Below are positions 27,838-42,610 of a stretch of 64,000 bases of DNA, in pieces (positions within the stretch are counted from its first letter, which is position 1; the number at the start of each line of letters is the position of its first letter). Both the position numbers and the translations under genes were made by a program. Origin of the DNA: Eledone cirrhosa (taxonomy: Eukaryota); assembly GCA_964016885.1 (NCBI GenBank), contig OZ024748.1:27466001-27530000 (forward strand), in the 5' to 3' direction. The notes under the pieces are model-generated. The model worked only from the letters and a program-made list of their open reading frames with translations. It made no database searches and was not told the DNA's origin.

Positions 27838-28749
27838 GCATATATACATATATTTGCGTGTGGGTCTAGTGTTTCACCTATTCCTAAATTAGGTTTAGTA
27901 CTTTATGTTGAAGAAGAAGAAGAAGAAGAAGAAGAAGAAGAAGAAGAAGAAGAAGAAGAAGAAGAAGAAGAAGAAGAAAAGATGATGAAACAAAAAAAGA
28001 AGACGGATTGCAGGAACAGCAGTAGCAGCAGTAGCAGCAGCAGCAGCAGCAACAACAACAACAACAACGACAATAACAATGACAACAACGATGTCAAAAA
28101 GGGAAATAAATCAAGACGAAGAATAGGAATAAGGTAGAAAATGAAAACAGTGGAGGAGGGGTGAGAAAGGGGAGGGGAAAGGTGAAGACAGAACTGACGA
28201 GGAAGGAGGGAGAAGAGTTGGAGACAGAGGATGTATGTACATGAGGAGGATGAGGTGTAGGCGGGAGATGAGAAAGTTTTAGATTATTTATTTCTTATTT
28301 GCTTTATATGGGACCATGAGAGAGAGCGTGGAGAAAGAAAGAGAGAGAGAGGCAAAAGGGAGTGATGCCAAGAGAACCTATAATATATGCCAAGTAAAAG
28401 AGATGCAAGGAGCAATGCCAAGAGCGATGCAAGAGAAAGCTACAGATAAGTGCAGCATCGTGTAAAGAGTAATGGCTGCAGATAAAAATGGCCGCATAGC
28501 ATGTCGAAACATAAACCCACAACGCACGACTAGTGTTACTGTTGTTATTTTCCTCCCTTAACAACATTATCAAAATATCGAATTATCATCTTATACCAAA
28601 CGGCCTTTCTTTTCTTTTCTTCTCTTTTTCTTTTCTTTTCTTTTTTTCTTTCTTTATTATCATTACAGAGAAAAGAACGCCGTTGGAATTCCTCTTTCGC
28701 TTCGGATTTGTCATCCGGGCACTTGTCGTCGGCGGGAAAGGAAGCGCCA

Positions 28750-29188
28750 TGTTATTTAGACAAACAACGATTATATTTAATAAGAGGTCGCTGTGATTTA
28801 TCTTATATTAATGAATCTCTTTTTGCTTCTCGCCGAAAGATGGCGTTTGTTTGCTTAACTTTCTCTACTGTGGCCGACCGACATTATAGCTGTTCACTTG
28901 TTCGCTTGTTCTCTGTTAAGTTTGCGCAGTACGTTGGCCATTTTTCATTTTAGAAAAACTGAATATCTTCGGACTAGCTTAGAACATTCACTTTAATTGA
29001 TCAAGATATGATAGATTTCCTTCTTCGTTATAGCTTTCCTCCATTTTTTTCTCTCTGTCTCTTCTATTACCTTTCTTTTCCCAATTGTCCATTATTCTTG
29101 TTCCTTGTATTTGTCTTTCTTTCTCAATACCAAATTATTCCTTATATATACATATATGGAAAATCTTTGCTACATCTTTCTTTCATTT

Positions 29189-29232
<44 letters not shown>

Positions 29233-29261
29233 AAATGAAAGAAAGATATATATATATAAAG

Positions 29262-29326
<65 letters not shown>

Positions 29327-29552
29327 AAATGAAAGAAAGTTGTAGCGAATATTTTCAGTTTTTCTAAAATGAAAAATGACCAACGTACTAATCAAACTTA
29401 ACAGTGATCAGGCGAACGTCTATAATGTCGGTCGGCCATAGTAGAAAAATCTAAGCAAACATCTTTCGACGAGAAGCAAAAATAGATTCATTAATATAAG
29501 ATAAGTCACAACGACCGCTTATTAAAATATAATCGTTGTTTGCCTAAATATT
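28750..29552. repeat. Diverged ~220-bp inverted repeat pair around a (TA)n-centred palindrome
   Basis: 28750-28972 matches the reverse complement of 29345-29552. The inner palindrome is ATCTTTCTTTCATTTTGTGTG-(TA)n-CACACAAAATGAAAGAAAGAT (29174-29247). Confidence 0.8.
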
Positions 29553-30336
29553 GTTTTCTCTTTCCAACAAAAACCAGGGATCCTAGGAAACAAGTTGTGA
29601 ACTCCATCAGCAAATAGAATTTAGGAAATCTAGCAAATTTTGATAAGTTATACCGTAGTATGATGTCGCCACTGACGTTTCGAGCAAATATCTTCTTCGG
29701 AAAAATTCTTTGCAATCTTCGCTGGAAATACGAATGTATAAGTTCGACTTGGGGGAAATCTGTTTGTAAGGATTATTGGAATTGACGGTTAATCATCAAT
29801 CTATTTGTTCGATTTTTAAAATTTACGTTTGCATTGATTGTTGAAAATGACAGTTGTTAAGCATTGATATATTAGTTCGATTTTCTCTTGCATTGTTCGC
29901 TTCAAATGGCAATTGAATATTGATCTTTTTGTTCAACCTTCGGCAAATTTTCTTGCACTGATCGCTGGAAAAGTCTGTTGAACAACAGTTTTGTTTGTTC
30001 AATAGACGTTGAGACGATCATTCAAAATGACTGTATCAGCAATTACTTATTTGTTACTGTCAGTTGATGAGACTATTCAACTGTCATTTTCTATTATAGA
30101 TCGACATTATGTTCAAATGTGTCCACCTGTCAATTTCTATTATTGATACTCAGTGAGGCCAACTATGTCCATTTGTCAATTGTTATAATATGTATACTTA
30201 GCATTTACGTCTCCGGGGAGACTTTACCTGATTTGTCAACTATCATTATAGCTATCTGCATTGTGGTGACAACATTCTCAAATTTCAAATTTCCCAATAT
30301 TTCTTATGTCGAGCATACACACACACACATATACAT

Positions 30337-30501
<165 letters not shown>

Positions 30502-30504
30502 TAT

Positions 30505-30885
30505 ATAGTATAAAGAAAGGAAAAATCAGTGATGCATCTGGACTCAGTTTATTGCGTGTTACAAATGTTTCGCCGGCAGGTAGCTCGAGACATGATCACT
30601 GTATGGATCTGGCTGATTCTACGGCTGCAGGTTCCTTCGGACACATGCAATTCTTTCGGAGCAAATTTTCTCACTGGGGAACCTGCAGCCGTAGAATCAT
30701 CCAGATCCATACAGTGATCATGTCTCGAGCTACCTGCCGGCGAAACATTTGTAACACGCAATAAAATGAGTCCAGATGCATCACTGATTTTTCGTTTTTT
30801 TATACTATTCACACCCTGCTCTGTAATAATATTGAGTGCTAATTTTGGCATACCGCCTATGGAAGCACCATAGCTACCATTATAC
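30505..30885 (+). mobile_element. Fold-back mini-element family D
   Basis: 131-bp arms at 30505-30635 and 30678-30808 with ~4 mismatches and a 42-nt loop. Contains the hammerhead-like 3' half GCCGGC-GAAAC-ATTT-GTA. TA flanks. Confidence 0.7.
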
Positions 30886-30911
30886 ACACGTATATATGAA
30901 TATATATATAT

Positions 30912-31090
30912 AAGTTATTCCGGGTTGAATCGGAGGTAACCACAGTAAGTAAGAGGTACTCAATACATAGCAGAGTATAAATGTTTTAATATAGAAGAGC
31001 TTCTACGGGACTAGAACTGTTTCATTCGTGGGAAATCGCCAGGGCTTCCTGGCGATTTCTCACGAATGAAACAGTTTCTCACGAATGAAA

Positions 31091-31091
<1 letters not shown>
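30912..31091 (-). mobile_element. Fold-back mini-element family A, copy 3
   Basis: 29-bp arms at 31015-31043 and 31048-31076. Reads CTGGCGA-TTTC-CCAC-GAAT-GAAAC-AGTTCTA-GTC. A 15-nt terminal re-duplication follows. TA flanks. Confidence 0.75.
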
Positions 31092-31128
<37 letters not shown>

Positions 31129-31485
31129 AAGTAAGAATATTTTCGAAACAGCGAGTTGGTTTTAAATTATTAGAAATGTAAGCTATCGCCGTATTTTGAC
31201 TAAAGACATTAAAGAAATTATTTAGCCTGATAGTGGGGTTAAGAACCCGCGGAGAAATGGAAAAAGATGAGTATTGACGTACATGGGAATATATATATAT
31301 ACCATTTCTGAGGACGGCATGTATATGTGAAGGTATGTATATTTCCTCTGATAATTTGTAATATTTTTACATAGATCTATATGATATACATACCAACACA
31401 CATACATCCCAGAAACGATCGTAAAATGATGAATTTTTTTAATATAAAGAACCTGTTCTTTGTGTTTATTTCATTGTGTTTATTA

Positions 31486-31521
<36 letters not shown>

Positions 31522-31959
31522 AGATCGATATATATCAGGCTCATGCGGCTCTGCAATCGCTCAATGTAGGAATTTAAGCTTAAAACCAAAGACCTCAGAT
31601 CAGAGCGCTTGCACACTGCCATTTTCACAGGAGACAACATATATAATATATCGCAGAGAACAATATAATCAGGCTAAAGAACAGACAGAATAAGTATTAT
31701 ACTTACATAGCTACTATGTTTATATATCACATTATAACATGCATAGTGTGAGCATCTAAATGTGCGCATGAGTAATCGATGTCCTCTTACGCACACACAA
31801 CACCCACCAACACCACAACCAACACCAGATACTTCCACAGCCCTCCCGATTCTGACAAATTGACGAGCACCACTGCCGGTCCACCCCACACCACTACACA
31901 CATATTTTTTGATAAACCGGTATGTGGCCCTACCTTGAAACATCCCACTACATCAGCGC

Positions 31960-32117
31960 AACATAATCCCCCACCCCCTCCCCACCCCACCCCACCACCA
32001 CCACCACCACCACCACCACCACACCACTATTAAACTGGCTCATGGTTCCTTGTTCCTTTTTCTCCGAAATCGACACCACGACACCTACCACCACCACCAC
32101 CACTACCACCACCACCG

Positions 32118-32151
<34 letters not shown>

Positions 32152-34605
32152 CATCAATACTACTACTAATGCCACCACATCTACAATCATCTAAATTAGC
32201 CACCAACAACACCACAAAGACGATCATCACCACAACCACTACCAACACCTCCACCTACACTACTACCACCTCCATTATTACCACCACCACCACCACCATC
32301 ACCAACACTATCACCACAACCATCACAACACTATCACTACAACCACTACTACCACCTCCATTATTACCACCACCACCACCATCACCACCACCACCACCAC
32401 CACCATCACAACACTATCACTACAACCACTACTACCACCTCCATTATTACCACCACCATTACCACCACCACCATTACCACCACCACCACCGACATCACAT
32501 CACTATGACTACAACCACTACTTCCACCTCCATTATTAGCGCCACCGCCACCATCACCACAACTATCACCGTACCATCACTACCACCGCCGCTACCACCA
32601 TCACCATTGTTATGTTTTATCAAACATCTAAACTGGGACAGAAATTTGTAACAAATGTCAAATATTTATTGTCTGACCTGATACAACTGTCAATGGACGC
32701 CATGTTTATATATTGTACACGTGTCTGTGTACTGAGACTGCGTGTGTATGTGTGTGTGTGTGTGTGTGTGTTTAAGTGTGTCTCTCTCTACTGTTTATGT
32801 GTTCTCTTTGTGCTGTAGTTGTGTGTGTATTTGTGTATGTAGCTGTCTGTGCGTGTGCTTTTGTGTAGCGACTGTATAACTGTATGTATGTTCTGTGTTG
32901 TGTTTTTAAGTAGCTGTGAGTATGCGTTTATGTAAATGACGGTGTGTGTGTGTGTGGTTGAGTGTATGTAACTGCGTTTTCAATGTATGTGTGTGTATGT
33001 AGCATATCTTCTCAGACGAGACCACTCCAAAAATACCAGTAATAAGACCATTACACCCACCCACCCCCCAAAAAGAAACCAGTTATAACACCCCTACAGC
33101 CCCAACAATACCATCACTACCATTACCACTGCCAACATCATTATCACTACCACCTTCACCGTTTAGAAACAACACTATTATAAATAACATCTTCACTAAT
33201 TACACTACTACAACCAACACCTCGACCTCCTACACAACTACCAATACTATCATTGCACCACTGCAACGCCCACCATCACCACTACTTTGACTTAGTATCA
33301 CCATCACAACCATACACTCACCAGCCATCACATCGCAACTAATTACCACTCAATACCATTACCACCGTTGTCACCACTAAACTCCCTACTACCACCAGTT
33401 CTCCATTAACCCCAACAACATCACTACTACCTTCAACACATTATTCCTCCCCACGTTAACCACCACTACTACCACATCCCTATACACTTCCAGCCCCATC
33501 GAGGCATCATACCTAAGTACACAAGCACAAATACCATCAACACTAACAACAACACCAACAGCACCAACACCAACAACAACAACAACAACACCAACAACAA
33601 CACCAACAACACCAACAACACCACCACCAACAACAACAAAAACAACAACAACACCAACAATATCACAAACACCACCAACACAACCAACACCAACACCACC
33701 AGCACCAACAACACCAACAATACCAGCAACTCCAACATCAACAACGCCAACAGCACCAACACCAACAACAACAACACCAACAACCAACACCAACAACAAC
33801 GACACCAACAACCAACACCACCAACAACAACACCAATACCAACACCATCAACAACCAGCACCAACAACAACAACCAAAACCACCAACACCATTAACACCA
33901 ACAGCCAACAACACCAACAACACCAACATCAACACCAACAACCAACACCAACAATACCAACACCAACATCAGCACCACCAACAACCAACACCAACAACAC
34001 CAACACGAACACCAACAACACCAACTTCACTAAGTGCAACAACACTAACAACCAACAAAAATAACAACACCAACAACACAAACACCGACAACACCAACAC
34101 GAACAACAACCAACAGCAACAGCAACCAACAGCAACAATCAAAACCAACAACAACACCAACAACACCAACAACACCAACAACAACACCAACAACACCAAC
34201 AACAACAACACCAACATCACCAACAACAACAAGCAGCACCAACAACAACACCAACAACAACACCAACACCAACAACCAACAACACCAACACCAACAGTCA
34301 ACAGCACCAACAACAACAACAACACTAACACCAACAACACCAACAACACCAACACCAACAACAACACCAACAACCAACAACACAAACACCAACAACACCA
34401 ACACCACCAACAGCAACAACACCAACAACAACAACAACACCAACAACCAACACCAACAACACCAACACGAACACCAACAACCAACACCACCAACAACAAC
34501 AACAACACCAACAACACCAACACCAACAACCAACACCAACAACAACAACCAACACCAACAACAACAACAACACCAACAACACCAACAACAACCACACCAA
34601 CAACC

Positions 34606-34639
<34 letters not shown>

Positions 34640-35600
34640 CCAACAACACCAACACCAACAACCAACACCAACAACAACAACCAACACCAACAACAACAAC
34701 AACACCAACAACACCAACATCAACAGCAGCAACACCAATACCAACACCAACAACAGCAACAACACCAACAACAACAACACCAACAACACCAACACCAACA
34801 TCAACAGCAGCAACACCAATACCAACACCAACAACACCAACACCAACAACACCAACAACAACAACAACACCAACACCAACAACACCAACAACAACAACAC
34901 CACCAACACCAACAACACCACCAACAACACCACCAACACCAAAAACACCAACAACAACACCACCAACAACACCACCAACAACAACACAAACAACAACAAA
35001 ACCACCAACAACACCACCAACAACACCACCAACAACACCACCAACATCAACAACACCAACAACAACACAAACAACAACAACAACACCAACAACACCACCA
35101 CCAACAACACCAACACCAACAATACCAACAATACCAACGCCAACAACACCACCACTAACAACAACAACAACACCATCACCAACACCAACAACACCAACAA
35201 CACCAACAACACCACCTACACCAACAACACCAACAACAACAATACCAACAACAACAACAACAACACCAACAACACCAACAACAACACCAACAACAACAAC
35301 AACAACAACACCACCACCAACAACAACAACACCAACAACACCACCAACACCAACAACACCAACACCAACAACACCAACAACACCAACAACACCAACAGCA
35401 ACACCAACAACACCAACACTTAACACCAACAACACCAACAACAACCACACCAACAACCAACACCAACAACCAAAAACAACACCACAACACTAACAACAAT
35501 GACACCAGCAACACGACCACCACCAACAACAACATCCCACATTATCAACAACCGATCTTCAACACTGCCACCACATCACCCACACATTCACCATCACCAG
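31960..35600. repeat. Large (CAC/CAA/ACC)n low-complexity region
   Basis: Seen directly. 33540-35500 is almost purely C/A. Confidence 0.95.
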
Positions 35601-35839
35601 TCTAAAGGTAGACTCACTGTTGGGTGTATTTGGAACGGTGGTTCTATAAACGGCATCTGTTTTGCCCTGTCAGCTCTAATTAATTAATAATCAGCTATTT
35701 TCATACAAAAATAACAACGTTAATTCTATTCATATGTAATATACGCTATTAAAACATCCATATATTACGAAATCAGTTTATTTCGGCATAAAAGCTTTTC
35801 TGTGTACAGTATCACTATCTCGAGTTGACGCCAGCAAGT

Positions 35840-35963
35840 AGGGCTAAATGGTTAACAAATTCGCTTCGCAATCACGGGCTGCCGAGTTCGATCTCACTGC
35901 ATGTCATGTTAGATAAGTGTTTATCCCATAGCCTCGGATCAACTCTATCCGTGTGAGTGGATC
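35840..35963 (+). mobile_element. tRNA-derived SINE 5' part
   Basis: GGCTAAATGGTTAA A-box-like and GAGTTCGATCTC B-box-like sequences. Confidence 0.55.
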
Positions 35964-35965
35964 AG

Positions 35966-36756
35966 TTTTCCACCTCCAATCTATAGGCGCATACTCAGAG
36001 CAGGCCCATTCACTCGGGCCATGCTTGTCTCTCTTACCCATCTTTCAACAAATTACTGGGAAGGGAGCACTTCCCTCTCCACCCTGATTTTCCTTTTCAA
36101 ATGAAATTTGAAAAAGTTAATCAGGACATCACCGAAGAGATAAGTGCGCGTCTTCAGCCCTTTCAAACGCGTCCACCACACGACCTCTTTCGCCATGGCC
36201 AACAGGCAGATAAAAACTGCTTCCCCTTCCCGGCTAAAGGAAGGCGGCGGGGCAATCCGTTCTACACGCGACAGCAGGTGTTCGAGATAAACCTACATGA
36301 CAGCAATGCTCGGACACTGGACGAGTGCGTGCAGGACAGTTAGGTTGCCCTGCTCGCATCTCGGACAGGCCCTGTGACGGCACTTCCATGCCTGTAGAGT
36401 TTATCCCGAACTGGCAAAGCTCCCTGGTAGCACTGGATTTCTGGAAGTTGTCCATGGACCTCGGCAGCTCCGTCAAAGAGACGAGTTGGGGGAAAACGCA
36501 CCTAGCAAGTGGCGACTACAACTGTTTACCGTCGAGGAAGAGGTGGAGATGCCGTAGCCTGAGCGCATGTCTGCGCATCATCAGCCACGACATACCCAGC
36601 CCTCCACTTAGCGGGTGTTGACAGCAAATGGACCACCTGACCATCGAAGGGTGTCCTCCACTGCCCCCGAACAACTGAGCAAACTGCTGCTGAAAAATCG
36701 CACACATCTGCCCGGGATCGAGCATCCTGCGCTCGTCGTGGTCCGCCAAAGACCGA
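35966..36756 (-). mobile_element. Tx1/L1-type LINE internally deleted fragment
   Basis: SMDNFQKSSA; AIFQQQFAQLFG resembles FRQHFAQLSG at 58.7 kb; 36000-36290 is homologous to 60355-60660. Confidence 0.8.
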
Positions 36757-38676
36757 TGATGTGTATAGTGCCAGGAAAAACAGGAATAACTAGACGGGAA
36801 GAATTTATTGAGAGTTCATTCTTTAACATATGTTCCTCTACAATGTCCATCTACAAGCGCTGATTGCAAATTCCATGCTCAACCGCATGCATTACACTTA
36901 TATATATATAATAGAATTAGAATTTAGCTTCGAGCATAACTGTATACAGATATGCTTCTGCTGGTGGCGATAGCTGCAGGTGTTTTTGTATAGCTACGGC
37001 TTTCTAAATGTTCATTTATACACATACCATATTTCTTTAGAAATACGAAATTCCATTACATCCAGCCCCACTACCATCACCATCACCACCCCACTACCAT
37101 GAACATCACCACCCTATCACCACCACCACCACTGTCAGACACACAGTAAATCATCATATAGACTATGATAATCACTATGAAGACCTTTACTTTGTCGGAA
37201 GTTTTCCGTCATTTTGTTCTTCAAAGGATGTAACAACAATGGCTTCCTGGTGGAACCTTGCCATCACTGATCACCGATTGACAAATTATACATCCACATA
37301 CACACACACACACATAATATATACCTACATATCCCTGAATATATATTGTGCATGTGTGTGCATCTACATACATATGTACATGTGTGTCTATAGATATGTA
37401 TATATCTGTGTGAATGTGTGTAAATATAGGCATACTCACGCAATGAAGTGAAGGGACAACCTTTTCTATGTGGTCGTCAGACACGCTAGAAATAGCAGTC
37501 AAATTTCCCTTAATTTACACTCTACAATCTGGGCGTTCTGTGTTCAAATTCTTGCCTTTTTCTGTTAGTGACAGATACTAACACAGTATCAGCAATGGAA
37601 AGATCAATGGAAACATTGTTTCCTTAGTCTCAATCGGATGATCGGCTCTTTTTCTTTACCTTTCAATTACCATCAATCGCGTGGAGAGACGAGACTGTTA
37701 CGCATGGGTGTCTCCTGGTCTTCCACGGTAGATTTTGTCCAGGTTTGCGCCTCAGAAAGGAGTAACCCATTGTCATTCATGGTATCCACCCCTTTGCTTT
37801 CAACATCAAACGTAGCAACTACACACTTTTTCAGTCCATCTTTCTCTCTCTATATATATATAACTTCGTTACTCTTATATCACCGTACTTCCTGCCACCA
37901 TGTATTCATATTGATTATTTTTTTATCTGGCAGCCATTTTTATTTTTATTGGTATTTATAAACCACATTGGCAGTGTTGTCTTATCTTGATGTAATTATG
38001 TAAAGACATTTCTCACTAAGTATATAGACATTGATAAGTATGTACTACACACGCTATTTGGTGATTTATCGATGTATCTACCCTGAGTAGGTCTTTTATT
38101 ATATAATATTATATTATACTACATTATATTATATTGATATATATACGTGTGTGGGTGTATGTGTACAGAGAGAGATAGATGGGTAGATATGTGTATAAAA
38201 ATAAATGTGTGCATGTGTTTTTTGTATGTGTATGTATAAGTGTAACCTTGTGTGCATATATGCATACATATATATATATATATATATACGCGCGTATATG
38301 TGATAATAAACATGCATAATACATAAATATATATTGTGTGCATGTCTACATAAATATATAGTGTGTGCATGTCTACATATAACTGTATGTACGCATGCGT
38401 GAAATGTTAAGTATACACATACACACGTGTGTTTGTGGCCTATACCTTCGTTTTTTACTTCCTGTAGACACACAATGGTAACTTATTTAACCCTTTCAAT
38501 TTTGGAAGTGTCATATATATATATATATATGACACTGTAGTTTTTATTTATATATCATTGTGAACTCTTTCTTGTCAGTATGTGCGTGTTTGTATGATTG
38601 CACTTATATGTGGGAATCATATATGAATACTTGGCTGTTGTATGTGTTCCACAGTGTTCAGAGAGTTGTATGGATG

Positions 38677-38727
<51 letters not shown>

Positions 38728-38812
38728 AATGGTTAGTTCATGAAAACAGAACTAAACCAACAGAAACAAAAGACAACTGACACACACATAAACATACGCA
38801 CAGACGCGCGCG

Positions 38813-38883
<71 letters not shown>

Positions 38884-39361
38884 ACACACATACATATACA
38901 CACACACAGAACATAGAAGGATAACGTCCCCGTTGATTGGAGTCAATGTTTGCAAGACAGACGCCTGAAGCTGGTGTCTTCATGTTACACCACGACATGA
39001 ATAAGAAATTAGGTCATTGAATAAAAAGTTGATCGTTCCGTTGACAAACCATTTGGTTGGCAGCCATTTTAGTTTAGTCTACTAACATCTAATATGCTGA
39101 AACCTTCCTGTCAATAGATGGCGCTGGGTGAATGAAGACCAGCGTTCGAGATCTTCCCCCACCCTCTCTCTCTCTCTCTCTCTCTCTCGATGCAAGTGCG
39201 TGTATGCATATGCTTATGAAGAAGAAGAAGAAGAAGAAAAAGAAGAAGAAGAAGAAGAAGAAGAAGAAGAAGAAGAAGAAGAAGAAGAAGAAGAAGAAGA
39301 AGAAGAAGAAACTATGTTAGCCAGGAGGTATTTTCTTTAACTCTTCTGTTGGAAGATACTA

Positions 39362-39403
<42 letters not shown>

Positions 39404-40277
39404 GTTAGAGATGTAAATAAACATATTTACGTTTTCATCCGCCATTAGTGTTTCACTCGGTTGACGCCATTTTGTGTGACGGTTCACGGGAGAAATGCTT
39501 GAGTGAATATCAAAATGATCATTTATTTATTACTTGATCGACACACACACACGTGTGTGTATAGGTGTGTATCTGTGTGGGTGTAAGTGAAAATATGTAT
39601 ATGTGTGTGTGTGCGTCGGTGGGAGTGTGAGAGTGTAAGCGAGAGTGCGGGAGTGAAAGTGAGAATGTATGTACGTGTGTGTGTATGTGTGTGAATGTGT
39701 ATGCGTGTGTGTATGTCTGTGAGTGTGTATGTGTGTGTGTGAGTGTGTATGTGTGTGGGTGTGTATGTGTGAGAGTGTATATGTGTGTGGGTATGTGTGT
39801 GAGTGTGTATGTGTGTGAATGTGTATGTGTGTGTGTGAGTGTGTATGTGTGTGTGTATGTGTATGAGTGTGTATGTGTGTGAGTGTGTATGTGTATGTGT
39901 GTGAGTGTATATGTGTGAGTGCGTATGCCTGTGTGAATGTGTATGTGCGTGAGTGTGTATATGTGTGAGTATAAAAATGATAATTTATTAATTAATTGAT
40001 TGACACATACGTGTGAGTGTTTGTGTGTATGTGTTTATGTGTGAGAGAGAGAGAGAGTGTTTGTTTGTGTTTGTGTGTATGTGTGAGAGAGTGTTTGTGT
40101 CTGTAAATGTGTGTGCGTTTGTGTGTGTATGTGTGAGAGAGAGAGTGTCTGTGTGTGTAAGTGTGTGTGTGTCCATTACCTAATTTGGAGATAAACAACA
40201 GAAATTAAACTAATAGGATGATGTTGCTGCTATTTCTAACAGATCGAATAAGGCTGAGAAACTCCGACATCTGTTTT

Positions 40278-41082
40278 GTTGGTGTTGGAGGTGTTGGTGG
40301 TGGTGGTGTTGGAGGTGATGGTGGTGGTGTTGGTGGTGTAGGTGGTGGTGTAGGTGGTAGTGTAGGTGGTGGGGGTGGGGGTGGTGCTGGTGGTTGTGGT
40401 GGTAGTGGTGGTGGTAGTGGTGGTGGTAGTGGTGATGGCGGCGGCGGTGGTGGTGGATGTGGTGGTTGTGGTGTTGCTGTGGTCTTTTTGGCGGTGGTGC
40501 TGTTGTTGTTGGTGGTGCTGTTGGTGTTGATGTTGTGGTTGCTGTTGTTGTTGTTGATGGTGGTTGTGTTGTTGGTATTGGTGGTGGTGGTGATGTTGTT
40601 GTTGTTGTTGGTGGTGCTGGTGGTGGTGCTGGTGGTGGTGCTGGTGGTGGTGCTGGTGGTGGTGGTGGTGGTGGTGGTGACGGCGGCGGTGGTATTTGTG
40701 GTGGTGGTGCTGCTGCTGGTGCTGATGGTGATGGCGGTGGCGGTGGTAGTAGTGGTGGTGGCGGCGGTGGTGGTGGTGGGGGTGGTGGTAGTAGTGGTTG
40801 TGGTGGTGCTGGTGGTGCTGGTGGTGGCAGCGGTGGTATTGATGGTGGTGGTGGTGGTAGTGGTGGTGGTGGCGGCGGTGGTGGTGTTGGGGTGGGGTGG
40901 TAGTGGTAGTAGTAGTAGTAGTAGTGAAGGTGTTGGTGGTGGTGGTGTTGGTGCTGGTGGTTGTGATGGTGGTGTTGGTGCTGGTGGTAGTGGTAGTAGT
41001 AGTAGTAGTAGTGGTGGTGGTGATGGTGGTGGTGGTTACGGTGGTGGTAGTAGTAGTAGTAGTAGCAGTTGTTGTTGTTGTT
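40278..41082. repeat. (GGT/GTT/AGT)n low-complexity block
   Basis: Seen directly. Confidence 0.9.
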
Positions 41083-41328
41083 CTGCCTCTCTTCAAAAAT
41101 TGTCCCCTACTTGATTCCCCAATAGAAAATGGCGGCGGATTATTTGAGTTTTCCGATGCAGAACTTCAATTTCCGGTCGCCGAGAAAGAAGAAGGAAAAA
41201 TAAAGAAAAATGAAAAGGAAAACAGAGAAAAAATACCCCAGAATAATAAATAAAAAAAGCTAAAATCCACCATCTTGTGTCACATATCTAAACTGATTCC
41301 GTATCATTTCCTCTCATATCTCTAATAT

Positions 41329-41389
<61 letters not shown>

Positions 41390-41443
41390 TATATATATAA
41401 TATATATATATATATAATATATATATATATATATAATATATAT

Positions 41444-41562
<119 letters not shown>

Positions 41563-41934
41563 GCGTGTGTGAGTGCATGTATTTATGCAAATATATATTT
41601 GTATGTGTGTATGTCAGTGTATGAATTTATGCGCGTGTGTGTGTGTGTGTGTGTATAAAACCTTCTGCTTATAAAACTTCCCTTTATATTTCTTACCGAC
41701 ATTTCTTTATTTACAATTTTCTTCGGCCATTTACTGTCTGTTTGTTACCTCCCCCCGTCTCATTTCCATCCCCATTTTTCTTTTATCTTAACTCATATTG
41801 TTATCTATCTATCTATCCATCTATCTATCTATCGATCGATTTGTCTGTCTATCTATCAACCCGTCTCCCGATATATCTATCAACCTGCCTCTCTATCTAT
41901 CTATCTATCTATTTATTTATCTACCTACCTACCT

Positions 41935-42462
41935 AATTTGTTTGTTTCAATATTTTTACACGATAGTATGTAAAATCCCCGGCATGTGTCCTTGTTTTGT
42001 TCCCTTTAATTGTGCGCCATTGTGGCTAATAAAGAAATCTATCTATCTATCTATCTGCTTATCTATCTATCTACCTACTTACCTATCTGTCTATCTAATT
42101 ATCTAGCTACCTACCTATCTATGTATTGATTCTTTTTTTCAAATACCACTTTGGAAGAAGAATCAGGATGGAGAGAGAGGTGCTGTACCCCAGCAAGTTT
42201 TATGAAAGGTGGGTGAAAGTGGGTGAAAGCCTGTAGGTTGAGGAAAAGGAGGAGGAGAGGAAAGGAGTACAAACTCTTCGTTTGAGGGTTACACATCTTT
42301 TCGGGGGTATGTGTTACCCATATGAACTGTCTCCCCCTATTGGGGAAAATGGACTAATTTTTTAAATTGCATTTGTGATAATATTTTACACGTTTTTATT
42401 CCATGTAAACTTCCCCATTTGTATTTGTCCCCTTCGTTTGTACCCCTGTGGCTAATAAAGAA
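41935..42462 (+). mobile_element. Two Tx1-type LINE 3' ends embedded in (ATCT)n
   Basis: FFFKYHFGRRIRMEREVL..SKFYERWVK (~42130-42220) is homologous to the minus-strand copy at 60.4 kb. Both ends terminate in TGTGGCTAATAAAGAAA followed by ATCT repeats. Confidence 0.75.
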
Positions 42463-42610
42463 ACATATCTATCTATCTATCTACTTATCTACCTACCAGC
42501 CTCCCCATCCATCTATCAATCTATCTATCTATCACTTTTACACAGGTACTCGCAAATTCAAGAGTCCTTTCAGATATTTTGAGCCAAAGTTAGAGCCAAG
42601 TCTGGACCCT

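Noticed and set aside
30505-30808. Hairpins as pre-miRNAs or conventional MITEs
   Set aside because: The arms are asymmetric, near-perfect and multi-copy with variable junctions. This fits inversion during insertion better than miRNA precursors or fixed TIRs.
40222-40250. Apparent splice acceptor TTTCTAACAG before the Gly-rich ORF
   Set aside because: It matches a dispersed repeat motif (GCTGCTATTTCTARCA) also seen at ~6985, ~16006, ~37484(-) and ~47623.
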